Source: an uncultured virus (IMG/VR IMGVR_UViG_3300028027_000046) (lineage: Duplodnaviria; Heunggongvirae; Uroviricota; Caudoviricetes). From it: a stretch of 64,000 nucleotides of DNA. Of the stretch, positions 1 to 9,758 are shown in pieces; positions within the stretch are counted from its first letter, which is position 1, and each line of letters begins with the position of its first letter. The notes beneath the pieces are model-generated. The model was not told where the DNA came from. It did no database searches and saw only the letters and a list, made by a program, of their open reading frames with translations. Where the stretch lies: IMG/VR virus record IMGVR_UViG_3300028027_000046, one strand, 5' to 3'. Made by a program: the position numbers and the translations under genes.

Positions 1-45
1 TAGTTCATAATAGAATCGATGAATTAGAAAATCAAATATCAGAAG

Positions 46-216
46 ATGAATAGTGAAATTAAAAACTGTGTTGGTGAAATAATTGATATGTTATGTAATA
101 GATCAGGATTCGATGATTGGTGGTTTAACCTTAACGATGAATTAGAAAAGGAAATCACAGACGAATTAGAAGAAATTGTTAAAAAACGATTTAATAAAAT
201 AAAAACATATGAATAG
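46..216 (+). CDS. small acidic hypothetical protein (56 aa, not in ORF track)
   Basis: ATG at 46, MNSEIKNCVGEIIDML..., overlaps the start of the next ORF. Confidence 0.6.
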   Translation: MNSEIKNCVGEIIDMLCNRSGFDDWWFNLNDELEKEITDELEEIVKKRFNKIKTYE

Positions 217-505
217 CGAAGAAATATCACGAGTGTTTGCTCGTATCGAAAGATTAAGGGATGAAGGTAAATTACCTCAAATCACCCCGGAAGACTATGA
301 AAACGAACCAACAGCACTAGCCTTCACACCATATGATGACGGATTTCACATATCCGAACCAAACGCCTATTACCGACGAGACGATTTATACCGAGCGTTT
401 GTAACTGGGTATAAAATGGGTCTATTAGAAATAGATGAATTACAGTTGGATGCTGAATTTATCATATTTAAAGAAAGATTAGATAGTGAGGACGAAGATA
501 TTTAA
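209..505 (+). CDS. early hypothetical protein
   Basis: ORF track; ends inside the next promoter. Confidence 0.7.
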   Translation: MNSEEISRVFARIERLRDEGKLPQITPEDYENEPTALAFTPYDDGFHISEPNAYYRRDDLYRAFVTGYKMGLLEIDELQLDAEFIIFKERLDSEDEDI

Positions 506-545
506 ATTCTAGTTCGTATATTCCCGATATAAATAAAGAGATATC

Positions 546-749
546 ATGACTGATAGAGCAAAACAAACATTACGAAACTATATTAATGATGTAGGTGGTA
601 TTGAATCATTTCCTAAAGGTAAAAGATTGACATACCTTAGAGCATGGGTCAGAATGTTAAATAGTTGGGAATTAACGGGATGTTATGATAAAATGGAATC
701 CTTTTATGATTTTACAATTAGTGACAAACCAATAATACCTATAAAATGA
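546..749 (+). CDS. early hypothetical protein
   Basis: downstream of promoter at 513. Confidence 0.7.
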   Translation: MTDRAKQTLRNYINDVGGIESFPKGKRLTYLRAWVRMLNSWELTGCYDKMESFYDFTISDKPIIPIK

Positions 750-754
750 TAGTT

Positions 755-955
755 ATGAAAACAGCAATAGAATGGTTACAGAGTCAATTTGAGAATACTG
801 ATGACACAGAATTAGTTTCTATGAACATTGAGGTTTGGTTTAAAATAGCCAAAGAAATGGAAAAGCAACAGATAATTAAAGCGAATGAAGAAAATATGAT
901 GTCATTCACCGATGGAGAACAATACTACAACGAAACCTTCAACAAAGGACAATGA
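755..955 (+). CDS. small phage protein of the KTA(I/V)EWL...AKEMEKQQI...EQYYNETF type
   Basis: motif recalled from Flavobacterium-phage hypothetical proteins; GTTATG start context. Confidence 0.7.
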   Translation: MKTAIEWLQSQFENTDDTELVSMNIEVWFKIAKEMEKQQIIKANEENMMSFTDGEQYYNETFNKGQ

Positions 956-1010
956 TTATTACAGACAAATTCGTATATTCCAGCATATTAATAATTAAAT
1001 AAATAAAATT

Positions 1011-1163
1011 ATGATACTATTTTTATTAAGAGTGATACTAACGATTGTTTGGATTCATACAATGTGTCCTATATGTGTGTTATTCTCATTATTATTATGG
1101 GATTTAGAATATATTAATAAAGGGGCTGAAATATTTGAGTTACTTTGGAATGTTAAAGATTAA
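1011..1163 (+). CDS. hydrophobic 50-aa membrane microprotein
   Basis: MILFLLRVILTIVWIHTMCPICVLFSLLLW...; own promoter at 970. Confidence 0.6.
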   Translation: MILFLLRVILTIVWIHTMCPICVLFSLLLWDLEYINKGAEIFELLWNVKD

Positions 1164-1168
1164 AGGTT

Positions 1169-1423
1169 ATGAAAAAAGATAAATTAACAGTATTTGTAGA
1201 TAGAATGAAACTATTAGGAATTGATGTTAAATTAGCAGGTAATTTTCCATGGATTTATATTAATTCAATTAATGGTAAACGAGTAACTGAAATATTCGAA
1301 GCAAATCATGGTTTTACAATTGCTTTTTTACCAATTAAAAATGATAAGGAAATAGAATTTACAGACATAACAGAAATCTTTAAATTAATAAGAAAGTATG
1401 TTACCGAGGACATAAAAAATTAA
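1169..1423 (+). CDS. early hypothetical protein
   Basis: AAAGGTTATG start context. Confidence 0.75.
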   Translation: MKKDKLTVFVDRMKLLGIDVKLAGNFPWIYINSINGKRVTEIFEANHGFTIAFLPIKNDKEIEFTDITEIFKLIRKYVTEDIKN

Positions 1424-1465
1424 ACACTCATTCGTATATTCCAGTATATTAAAAAATTAACAGTT

Positions 1466-1696
1466 ATGAAAACAATAGAAGAAATTAAATCAGATATTTT
1501 AGCATCATTAGGCCAACAAGACAATCCAGTTGGTATCCTATTAGAAGAATATTTAAAGAAGGTTATTACCGACATAGTTAGAGATAAATTAATAGATTTC
1601 CAAATATATTTAAATGATGAGGGATTAATTACAGGCCATGATTGGACATTTGAGGATAAGGCAAATGAGTATTTAGGAGCTGATCCTATTGAATAG
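1466..1696 (+). CDS. early hypothetical protein
   Basis: promoter at 1431. Confidence 0.7.
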   Translation: MKTIEEIKSDILASLGQQDNPVGILLEEYLKKVITDIVRDKLIDFQIYLNDEGLITGHDWTFEDKANEYLGADPIE

Positions 1697-1748
1697 GACA
1701 AAGATTATTACCGATGAATTCGTATATTTAAGTATAAAATTAAGAGAT

Positions 1749-2552
1749 ATGAAAAACATACACATACTCATAGCAAAAGAGGGGAGCCCAAGTAGATTAC
1801 ATATTAATGCTATTGGTAATTTGGGGCTGAACCCAGGTTTTACTCCAATAAACGATCCTTTAGCGTTATATATCACATCTGATGAAGAGATTAAAGATGG
1901 TGATTGGTGTTTGGATAAGTTTAATCAAAGATGGAAATTAAAAGATAAAAAACTAATAGCTTTTGATAGTAAAGGAATAAAAAGATTTTCAACAGATAAT
2001 GTTTTAGGGCATGAATGCAAAAAAATCATCATAACAACAGACCCAACTCTAATTGAAGATGGTGTTCAAGCTATAGATGATGAGTTCTTGAAATGGTTTG
2101 TTAAAAATCCTACTTGTGAGTTTGTTGAGGTTAAATCAGAGTGGAAGTTGTTAGGTAATGACTATGAACACAATGGATATGCAACATTAGTTTACAAAAT
2201 TATCATACCACAAGAAGAACCTAAACAAGAATCACATATTTGTAAATATTGTGATGCTGAAACTACTCAACCTGATGATGAATGTTATGCCAAACCTAAA
2301 CAAGAAACATTAGAAGAAGCAGCTGAAAAAGCGTTTCCTACTGATCCAGGTGTACCTATTGATTCTTTGAATAAATTAGAACTGATAAAGTATCTTAATA
2401 ATGCAAAGAAAAAGGAAGGTTTTATAGCAGGTGCTAAATGGCAAGCTGAAAGAATGTATAGTGAGGAAGAAGTTAAAGATATATTAATTAGAAGTAAATA
2501 TACTAATTATGACTCTATAGTGGAGTGGTTTGAACAATTTGAAAAGAAATAA
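1749..2552 (+). CDS. modular Bacteroidota-phage hypothetical protein (YITSDEEIK...KKIIITTD...KQETLEEAAE...GAKWQAERMYSEEEV)
   Basis: start moved to ATG 1749, downstream of promoter 1719; recognisable mosaic family with an inserted CxxC segment. Confidence 0.75.
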   Translation: MKNIHILIAKEGSPSRLHINAIGNLGLNPGFTPINDPLALYITSDEEIKDGDWCLDKFNQRWKLKDKKLIAFDSKGIKRFSTDNVLGHECKKIIITTDPTLIEDGVQAIDDEFLKWFVKNPTCEFVEVKSEWKLLGNDYEHNGYATLVYKIIIPQEEPKQESHICKYCDAETTQPDDECYAKPKQETLEEAAEKAFPTDPGVPIDSLNKLELIKYLNNAKKKEGFIAGAKWQAERMYSEEEVKDILIRSKYTNYDSIVEWFEQFEKK

Positions 2553-2860
2553 AGGACGTCTATTACCGATAAAATATTCGTATATTCCAGTATAAATAAA
2601 AAATAAAGGTTATGATAGGAAAAACAATTAGTGGAGTGACTATTAACAATGAGTTTATGGCATTCCAAATATTACATTCATTGTACAATGAATTAAGGTA
2701 TAGAGATAGAATTATTTATTTAAATTAGTTAGTTATGAGTTTAGACGAAATTTCATTAAAACTATTTGGTAAGTTTTTTGACGAATTAGATAGTAAACAA
2801 CAACAAGCCGCTTTAGATAAGTGGTATCAATCAAGATAAATTAAATTAAAAATAAAAGTT

Positions 2861-3205
2861 ATGACAAAGACATTAAACGTAGTAAAAAACAATACAATTG
2901 AAACACAATGGTTAACTATCAAATCTAAATTTGATGCCGGTAACTATAATTTAGATGAAATGGATCATTTAACATGTGACTTATTGGCTCAATTGGCTTA
3001 TTTAACCGTACAAGGTTATACTGAAATTGAAGGAACTCCTATTGACAAAACTAAGGAAAGAGTATGGCGTCTCATTGAACGTATGGGTTTACTTCCTGAG
3101 TATAAAGACGAAGACCTAGAAGAGGTATTGGAAATCAAAGACGACTGGGATTCATATGATGAGGAAGATACAGTAGAAATTAATGATGAAGAATTTTATA
3201 GATAA
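2861..3205 (+). CDS. early hypothetical protein with acidic C-terminus
   Basis: AAAAGTTATG start; ORF track. Confidence 0.75.
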   Translation: MTKTLNVVKNNTIETQWLTIKSKFDAGNYNLDEMDHLTCDLLAQLAYLTVQGYTEIEGTPIDKTKERVWRLIERMGLLPEYKDEDLEEVLEIKDDWDSYDEEDTVEINDEEFYR

Positions 3206-3265
3206 AAGGACGTTTATTACCGATAACCCATTCGTATATTCCAGCATATTAAAAAATTAAAAGAT

Positions 3266-3475
3266 ATGAGCAAGTTAGAAATTACAAAAAATGATAGAAA
3301 AGCACTTATGGTTACTTTAAACGATGCGTGGCATGAAGCACACGATTTCATCGAAGTAACAGAATGGAGCAATGGTGAGGGATGGGATATATCTATTAAC
3401 GAGAAACAATTCCAATTGCATTTCACCGAGTGGGACGTATTAAAAAAATTAATTAAAAAATTTGACAAATTATGA
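3266..3475 (+). CDS. early hypothetical protein
   Basis: promoter at 3231. Confidence 0.7.
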   Translation: MSKLEITKNDRKALMVTLNDAWHEAHDFIEVTEWSNGEGWDISINEKQFQLHFTEWDVLKKLIKKFDKL

Positions 3476-3602
3476 GAGAAATTTATAATGAATTTGGGGA
3501 AATAGGTGCACCTAGTATCTATGAAATAACAAAAATTATTTTTGATGGAGGACAATAGTTCTCCATTTTTTGTTCGTATATTCCAGTATAATTAAAAAAG
3601 TA

Positions 3603-3791
3603 ATGGAAACGCTAGTTAGAACATTAGGGAAAGTTAAACAAACACTATTTAACAATAACTTTAATCAAATAGTGGATGAATATAAACAAAAAGCAATTAG
3701 AATGGGTTATAAAGGTGAACTATTATTTAAAAAAGAACATAATAACATTATAATACTAGTTTCAATAGAGGATAAAAAGATCAATAAATAA
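3603..3791 (+). CDS. early hypothetical protein
   Basis: ATG 3603 lies downstream of promoter 3573; the track start lies within the promoter. Confidence 0.65.
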   Translation: METLVRTLGKVKQTLFNNNFNQIVDEYKQKAIRMGYKGELLFKKEHNNIIILVSIEDKKINK

Positions 3792-3829
3792 GTTCGTATA
3801 TTTAAGTATAAATTTAAAAAATAAAGGTT

Positions 3830-4255
3830 ATGAAAACAACATTAAGACAACAGTTAGAAGCATTTAATAATGGAATAATGCTAGATTCAGATGGAAGAAT
3901 TGATTCAGGATGTTTCAATTTTTATGACTGGTTTTGTAGTGATAAGGCCTTAGAAAATAAATCAATAAAGTTATTTAAACAAGTTAAAACATTTATTAAA
4001 CATCACCCTGAAATTAATTTAGATACTCACTATGTATTCTTTAAAAATAATTGTCCTATGATAGGTTCAACATATGATGATTTTAGAATATGCGACCTTG
4101 AAGAAGGAAATGTACAATACACAGTTACCCCTAGTAGAGTAATAAAACAAAGAGGTAGAGAAACAATACGAATGGCTGAAATGTGGGGTAGATCAAATAA
4201 TTTTAAACAACCTATAAAAGAGGCAAGTACTTTTACTCAATTATTTAAGGACTAA
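3830..4255 (+). CDS. early hypothetical protein (FYDWFC...YVFFKNNCP...YDDFRIC)
   Basis: promoter 3793; AAAGGTTATG. Confidence 0.8.
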   Translation: MKTTLRQQLEAFNNGIMLDSDGRIDSGCFNFYDWFCSDKALENKSIKLFKQVKTFIKHHPEINLDTHYVFFKNNCPMIGSTYDDFRICDLEEGNVQYTVTPSRVIKQRGRETIRMAEMWGRSNNFKQPIKEASTFTQLFKD

Positions 4256-4306
4256 GATTATTACCGATTAATTCGTATATTCCAGTATAATTAAAAAATT
4301 AAAGTT

Positions 4307-4492
4307 ATGATATCACAAGAAGCATTTGAGAGAATGGAAGGTTTAACTTCAATTAAGGACACTAATACATTAGTAAATGTCTTAGCAAGATTATCTAAGG
4401 ATTTATTCAAAGAGGGATTTGAAAAAGATGAAATAATAGAATACTTTCAAAAAGTAATTGATATGGAAGTAGATAGTGCTTTAGATAAATAG
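4307..4492 (+). CDS. early hypothetical protein
   Basis: promoter 4272. Confidence 0.7.
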   Translation: MISQEAFERMEGLTSIKDTNTLVNVLARLSKDLFKEGFEKDEIIEYFQKVIDMEVDSALDK

Positions 4493-4557
4493 AGATAGTG
4501 GACAAAAATAAATAAAAGCTCATTCGTATATTCAATCATATTTAAAAAATAAAGGTT

Positions 4558-4944
4558 ATGAAAAATTTTATTATTACATCGAAGGTACCATCAGTCAAAA
4601 CATTACAATACAATGTTGAAGCAAATTCATTAGTAGAGGCCATTGAATATGTGAAAAAGGGAGGGGGTTCATTTGAAGAAATAGGGGAAAGTATTGATTA
4701 CGATGCTGAATATGACTTCAGAGGATATGAAGATAAAGATGATGAAGTAGTAATACCAGCAGGAACAAAGGGTGTTTGGATTATGAAAGGTAGCACATAT
4801 CATTCAGCTCGATTTGGGGCTAATGTTGAAGTAGAATTTGATTACACAGGTGAAGATACTATTTCAGTTAAATGGTTAGATGATTTAGCTAATGGTCAAA
4901 TGAATGGAGGATATTTTTTCGATAATTTTATATTTGAAAAATAG
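4558..4944 (+). CDS. early hypothetical protein
   Basis: promoter 4523. Confidence 0.75.
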   Translation: MKNFIITSKVPSVKTLQYNVEANSLVEAIEYVKKGGGSFEEIGESIDYDAEYDFRGYEDKDDEVVIPAGTKGVWIMKGSTYHSARFGANVEVEFDYTGEDTISVKWLDDLANGQMNGGYFFDNFIFEK

Positions 4945-5353
4945 GACGATTATTACCGATAGATAATTCGTATATTTAAACATATTAAAAAATTAAAAAT
5001 AAAGGTTATGGAAAAGGTAGTTATGATTGATTGGTTAAAAATTATATCCGAGGATTTACAATTAAGAATAGATAATTCAGAGAAAATGTGGCAAGACAAA
5101 GAATCCCCTGCCAAAATCATCGGTTATTTACAAGCATCACTTGAGATGACTATGAATAAATTAAATAATTTAACTAAAAAATAAAGGTTATGATAACAAA
5201 AATATCAGGATTAACAAGTGACGGATACTTCTTAACATTTGAAATGTACCCTGTTAAGGGACTAGATCCATATGAATGTATATTTAATTTAAATTAGGAA
5301 GTTGATAATTAGTAGGAATTTCGTATATTTATTATAAATTAAAAACAAAAATC

Positions 5354-6025
5354 ATGAATAAAGAAACATTAAGAATGCAAATGTTGGCCGGTATTATTAC
5401 TGAAGGCCAGTATAAAGCTAAATTAGAAGAATCTTATTCAAAATTAAAATTCAACCAAGTTGAAAGAGGTAGAAAATATTTTGCTACTACTAATTTTGGA
5501 ATATTTAAAAAAGGAGATGAAGTATTTGTAGATACTGTTAGAAATTTAGGTACTGAAGTAGTACTAGAATTATCTAATAGTAAAGGAAAACATGATTCAA
5601 TTAAAGGTGATCTAGAAGATGAAGTAGAAGTATTTGACAATAACCCTTCATTAAGTGAAAATGGAGTTTCACCCATTATTATTAATGCCGATGACGCTAT
5701 TGAATTAGATTTCAGTGATCAAGATATGGTAACTTTCATATTTGACACCCCAGAGTATGATGAGGAAAATAAAGAATCATGGGCAGACTTAAGAGACTCA
5801 GTATCAGTTGATATAAGTGTTATTCAAAAATTCTTATATAATCAATCTAAAGATGAAATTACAATACCTGTATTTGATGGTATGGGAGTTATGAAATTAG
5901 ATAAAGATTATGCAGAATCCATCATGGATAGTTTTTATGGTAATTACCCCCATTTAGACCCTACAAATCCAGATTATGAGGGACCTGAGGGACCATTTGA
6001 ATTTGGGTTAAATGAAGATAATTAA
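5354..6025 (+). CDS. putative head-internal protein with scaffold-like N-terminal RMQMLAGII motif
   Basis: N-terminus resembles the scaffold C-terminus RMRKLAGLI; several (L/I)xE sites. Confidence 0.6.
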   Translation: MNKETLRMQMLAGIITEGQYKAKLEESYSKLKFNQVERGRKYFATTNFGIFKKGDEVFVDTVRNLGTEVVLELSNSKGKHDSIKGDLEDEVEVFDNNPSLSENGVSPIIINADDAIELDFSDQDMVTFIFDTPEYDEENKESWADLRDSVSVDISVIQKFLYNQSKDEITIPVFDGMGVMKLDKDYAESIMDSFYGNYPHLDPTNPDYEGPEGPFEFGLNEDN

Positions 6026-6036
6026 ATTTTAAAACG

Positions 6037-6061
6037 GAAGCGCTTTTTACAGAGCGCTTTC
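6037..6061 (+). terminator. hairpin overlapping an early promoter (probable terminator)
   Basis: GAAGCGCTTT-TTAC-AGAGCGCTTTC. Confidence 0.55.
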
Positions 6062-6099
6062 GTATATTTAAACATATTAATAAATTAAAAATTAAGGTT

Positions 6100-6312
6100 A
6101 TGGCAAATATGAGTTACTGTAGATTTCGAAACACATTAAGTGATTTTGAAGATTGTTTAGATGCTTTAGATAGTGGAAAAGCAATGTCTGATGACGAACA
6201 ACGAGCAGCATTTTGGCTAATACAAAAAGCAAGGGAATTGGTTGAACAATTCGAAGATTACTCTGATGAGGAAATTAGAGAACAATTAAAATCAGGGGAC
6301 GAAGATTATTAA
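6100..6312 (+). CDS. early hypothetical protein (MANMSYCRFRNT...)
   Basis: promoter 6059. Confidence 0.75.
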   Translation: MANMSYCRFRNTLSDFEDCLDALDSGKAMSDDEQRAAFWLIQKARELVEQFEDYSDEEIREQLKSGDEDY

Positions 6313-6368
6313 CAAATAATTCGTATATTCAAGTATAATAAAGAGATATAAATTTAAAAATTAAGGTT

Positions 6369-6635
6369 ATGAATAAGACAGAAAAACGTAAAGAAATTAC
6401 AAAACGATTCCTAACGTATATTACCGAGCAATTCCCACAATACGAAATTTGTGATGACGGAGATGGAGGTAGAATATATTTTTATCCTGAAAGTGGTAAG
6501 GGGGATGATTTAATAGAATATCACCGATCAAATGGTTTATGTACTTTTAATTGGGCTTGTGAGCAATCAAAACAAGATTGTTTAACAATGGAACAAAAGT
6601 TACATAGTATAGCTGTTGAAGTAGAGGCCATGTAA
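6369..6635 (+). CDS. early hypothetical protein
   Basis: promoter 6320. Confidence 0.7.
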   Translation: MNKTEKRKEITKRFLTYITEQFPQYEICDDGDGGRIYFYPESGKGDDLIEYHRSNGLCTFNWACEQSKQDCLTMEQKLHSIAVEVEAM

Positions 6636-6684
6636 ACTACAAAATTCATTCGTATATTTCAGTATAAATTTAAAAATAAAGGTT

Positions 6685-7047
6685 ATGAAAAATTTAAAAG
6701 CACTTACAAAGTTAAAATCAAAACACTGTTTTACAATTGATGATAATGGGTTCCTAACACCTGAGTATGTTGATCTTCATATACGAGTATTAAATGAGGA
6801 TGGAACTACTAAATATTATCAAATAAGTAGAGCATCTTATGGGACTAGAAATCATATGATTACTACCTATATAAAATACCCTGACTCAACTTTTTATTAT
6901 GGAAATGACGTAAGTAGACGTTGTAAATTGTATAATGATGCGGAATTTGATAAAAAATTAGATAAATTAGCTAAGGAATTGTCTAAACAAAATATCATAT
7001 TTCAAAATATTGTAGAAGAAGATTTATTAGAGGAACAAAATAATTAA
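6685..7047 (+). CDS. early hypothetical protein
   Basis: promoter 6649. Confidence 0.75.
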   Translation: MKNLKALTKLKSKHCFTIDDNGFLTPEYVDLHIRVLNEDGTTKYYQISRASYGTRNHMITTYIKYPDSTFYYGNDVSRRCKLYNDAEFDKKLDKLAKELSKQNIIFQNIVEEDLLEEQNN

Positions 7048-7577
7048 ACAATCATTCGTATATTTAGGTATAATTTAAAAATAAAGGTTATGAGCGAATT
7101 TGAAGAAAATAATCCGGAACAATTAAGACAATTCCTTAAAGAATTAAATGAATTAGTTGACAAATATCATCCTAACATTTACTTATTAGATAAAGTATTT
7201 GTAGGGTTATTTAAAATTGAAGTAGCAATATTAGATGAATTAAATAAATAAAAACTAATGATTTTGCATGTACCACTCCTGACCAACCTATCCTACGTAT
7301 ATGCCCCACAAAATAATACAAATATACAGTGGTGTGTAAAAATGTTAGTAAGGGTGTGGATAAGTGCGGTAAAACGCATTAAACAATGGTAACGTAGGAC
7401 GCCACGAAACGTATAAAATAAACAGTAAAATCCACCAAAGAAATACACTAAGATAAATGAGAGTTCTATAGTAGAGGACACAGGAGATATAAAAGAGAAT
7501 CGTATATTTCAGTATAAATAAGAGCAATTAAAACGATAAATGGTTTTACTTTAAGATAAACATTTAATAAATAAGTT

Positions 7578-7793
7578 ATGAAAAATAATAATAAGTTCTA
7601 CGAACCAAACATGAAACATGTTGAAACGGACATCAGTAAAAGCATATCAGAAAGGCTAGATAAAATGGAAAGCATGTTATTATATGGTATAAATAAGATG
7701 GAGGAAATTGATAGGAAATTGGATGATTTTATAAATAATATTAACATAAGAATGGTAGGGAAGACGGGAGAAGACATATTTAAAATATACTAA
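7578..7793 (+). CDS. small coiled-coil hypothetical protein
   Basis: promoter 7499; AAGTTATG. Confidence 0.6.
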   Translation: MKNNNKFYEPNMKHVETDISKSISERLDKMESMLLYGINKMEEIDRKLDDFINNINIRMVGKTGEDIFKIY

Positions 7794-8487
7794 AAAATGG
7801 ATAAAGACATAGTAGAGAACGGTGAGAATGATATGAATCATGACCCAATAGCACACCTTAGTGATGAGGAACTGGATATAATATTTAATCGACTGTTAAA
7901 GGATATTAAACCATAATTACGCTAAAGGGTAATTCTGAATGGAGGGAGATGATATAGATAAGTGAGAAGCGAAATAGAGATACTATAAGGACAGAACCAA
8001 AACAGATATAATCCAGTACGAAATAAAATACAAACCCAGGACATGGAAAAACCAAAAACCATCACAATCAAATTATATGATAAGGAGGAGAATGAGGTAA
8101 TGAATGAATTAGAGAGACTGGAAAACATTGTGTGGGATAGGGTGATAAATGAGGATGATGGTATGGAGGTCTATTACAGATGGATGATGAAAATGAGTAA
8201 TGAAGATTAACAAACGATTATTACAGACATGGGACGTCTATTACCGAATGATTATCACCAATAATAGGTAAATAATGTAGGGATGTGATGAAACGGAGGA
8301 CGAAGGTAGTATTTGCTAGTCAGTGGAGGACGGGGAGTGGCGAAAGGGGCGGGGTCTAACACATTTTCCGCGCGGAGGCACGTGTTTTTAAACATTTCCA
8401 AAAATATATACCCTACGCCAAAGGCCGTGGAAAACACACATAAATTTCGTATATTCCAGGTATAAAATTAATAAAAAAATATAAGTT

Positions 8488-8712
8488 ATGAGCACAAAAA
8501 CATTTAAAAAAGGCGACAGAGTATACAGCATCCTTAGCGGATGGGGAACGGTAGATAAATTTAAATTCCCCGGCGATTTCCCAATGACAGTTATGTTTGA
8601 TACTGGAAATACAGGAGAATACACTACCGACGGAAGGTTCTATTTCAATTCACCTCCTATATTATCATCTACTGAATATACTCTCTCAGGGTTTTCTCAG
8701 GAAATATGTTAG
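8488..8712 (+). CDS. small SH3/YorP-like hypothetical protein (FKKGDRV...GWGTV...YTTDGRF)
   Basis: promoter 8446; beta-barrel-like motif. Confidence 0.7.
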   Translation: MSTKTFKKGDRVYSILSGWGTVDKFKFPGDFPMTVMFDTGNTGEYTTDGRFYFNSPPILSSTEYTLSGFSQEIC

Positions 8713-8769
8713 AGAACGTGGAGGACACGTGAAACGTTCGTATATTCCAGTATAATAAAAATAAAATAT

Positions 8770-8845
8770 AGTCAGGTAAAAATGGTATCGGAATGAGCAG
8801 TCTAGAATGTATCACCGAGTGCAGGTTCGAGTCCTGTCCTGGCTA
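8770..8845 (+). ncRNA. tRNA-like RNA 1 (acceptor and T arm intact, D and anticodon arms non-canonical)
   Basis: AGTCAGG/CCTGGCT acceptor stem; GCAGG-TTCGAGT-CCTGT T arm; own promoter at 8737; followed by CAA. Confidence 0.7.
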
Positions 8846-8917
8846 CAATAAAACGATTATTACCGACGGAAGATCACAGACGATTATTACCGACGTCTAT
8901 TAACGATGGAAGAAATA

Positions 8918-9000
8918 AGTTAGGTAGTTTAACGGCTAAAACAATCCCATCCTCGAGGTGAAATAAGGGATGATTGCAGGTTCGATTCCTGCCCTAACAT
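8918..9000 (+). ncRNA. tRNA-like RNA 2 with 18-nt anticodon loop
   Basis: GTTAGG/CCTAAC acceptor, GTTT/AAAC D stem, ATCCC/GGGAT anticodon stem, GCAGG-TTCGATT-CCTGC T arm; followed by CAA. Confidence 0.75.
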
Positions 9001-9107
9001 CAATTAGCGTAGATAAGCGAAGTACACGCGCAGATTAACGCAGACAATACGATTATCACCGATTATGGTGATTATATAAGATACACTGCTTCATAACCAG
9101 TAATTTT

Positions 9108-9144
9108 CCTTTGATCCCCCCACTACGGGGGGTGAAAAGGTTTT
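9108..9144 (+). terminator. GC hairpin closing the RNA cluster
   Basis: CCTTT..CCCCCC-ACTAC-GGGGGG..AAAGG followed by TTTT. Confidence 0.55.
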
Positions 9145-9155
9145 ATAATTTTAAA

Positions 9156-9695
9156 ATGAAAACATGTAAATGTTGTGATATAGAAAAATCATTGGATGAA
9201 TTTTATAACACAAAAAAAAGTAAAGATGGTAAAGTAAATAAATGTAAATCTTGTTACATAGAAGGTAATAGGGGTAAATATTTAGATAAACGTAAACAAT
9301 ATTACATAAAAAATAAGGAAAAAATTGTTTCCCAAATAATGGAATGGAATAAATCAAAATACCAATCCGATCAACAATTTAAATTTTCTGGAAATTTAAG
9401 GACATTAATTAGAGAATCCTTTAAAAGAGCATTAAAAGGAAAATATAAGAAAAGTCAAAAAACAGAACAAATTCTAGGATGTACCATCGATGAATTCATC
9501 CATCATCTCCAATCCCAATTCGAATTAGGTATGACATTAGATAATCATGGACAAGGTCCGGGTTACTGGAATATAGATCATATCATCCCCATTTCATCAG
9601 CCAAGACAGAAGAAGAAATATATGAGTTAAATCACTACACAAACCTCCAACCATTGTGGTGGGAGGAAAACATGACTAAAGGTAGCAAAACTTAA
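9156..9695 (+). CDS. HNH endonuclease with N-terminal CxxC zinc finger (free-standing homing-type)
   Basis: CKCC..CKSC; WNIDHIIP...NHYTNLQPLWWEENMTK HNH motif; ATG 9156. Confidence 0.88.
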   Translation: MKTCKCCDIEKSLDEFYNTKKSKDGKVNKCKSCYIEGNRGKYLDKRKQYYIKNKEKIVSQIMEWNKSKYQSDQQFKFSGNLRTLIRESFKRALKGKYKKSQKTEQILGCTIDEFIHHLQSQFELGMTLDNHGQGPGYWNIDHIIPISSAKTEEEIYELNHYTNLQPLWWEENMTKGSKT

Positions 9696-9758
9696 TCTCA
9701 GGACACAAATATACAAACACTTATTCGTATATTCAAGCATAATTAAAAAATAAATGTT

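Noticed and set aside
8796..8810. TCTAG in tRNA-like RNA 1 as a CUA amber-suppressor anticodon implying TAG recoding
   Set aside because: No 5-bp stem with a 7-nt loop forms around it. Long conserved genes are intact in the standard code, and TAG ends genes at sensible positions (e.g. 23133, 29679, 32803).
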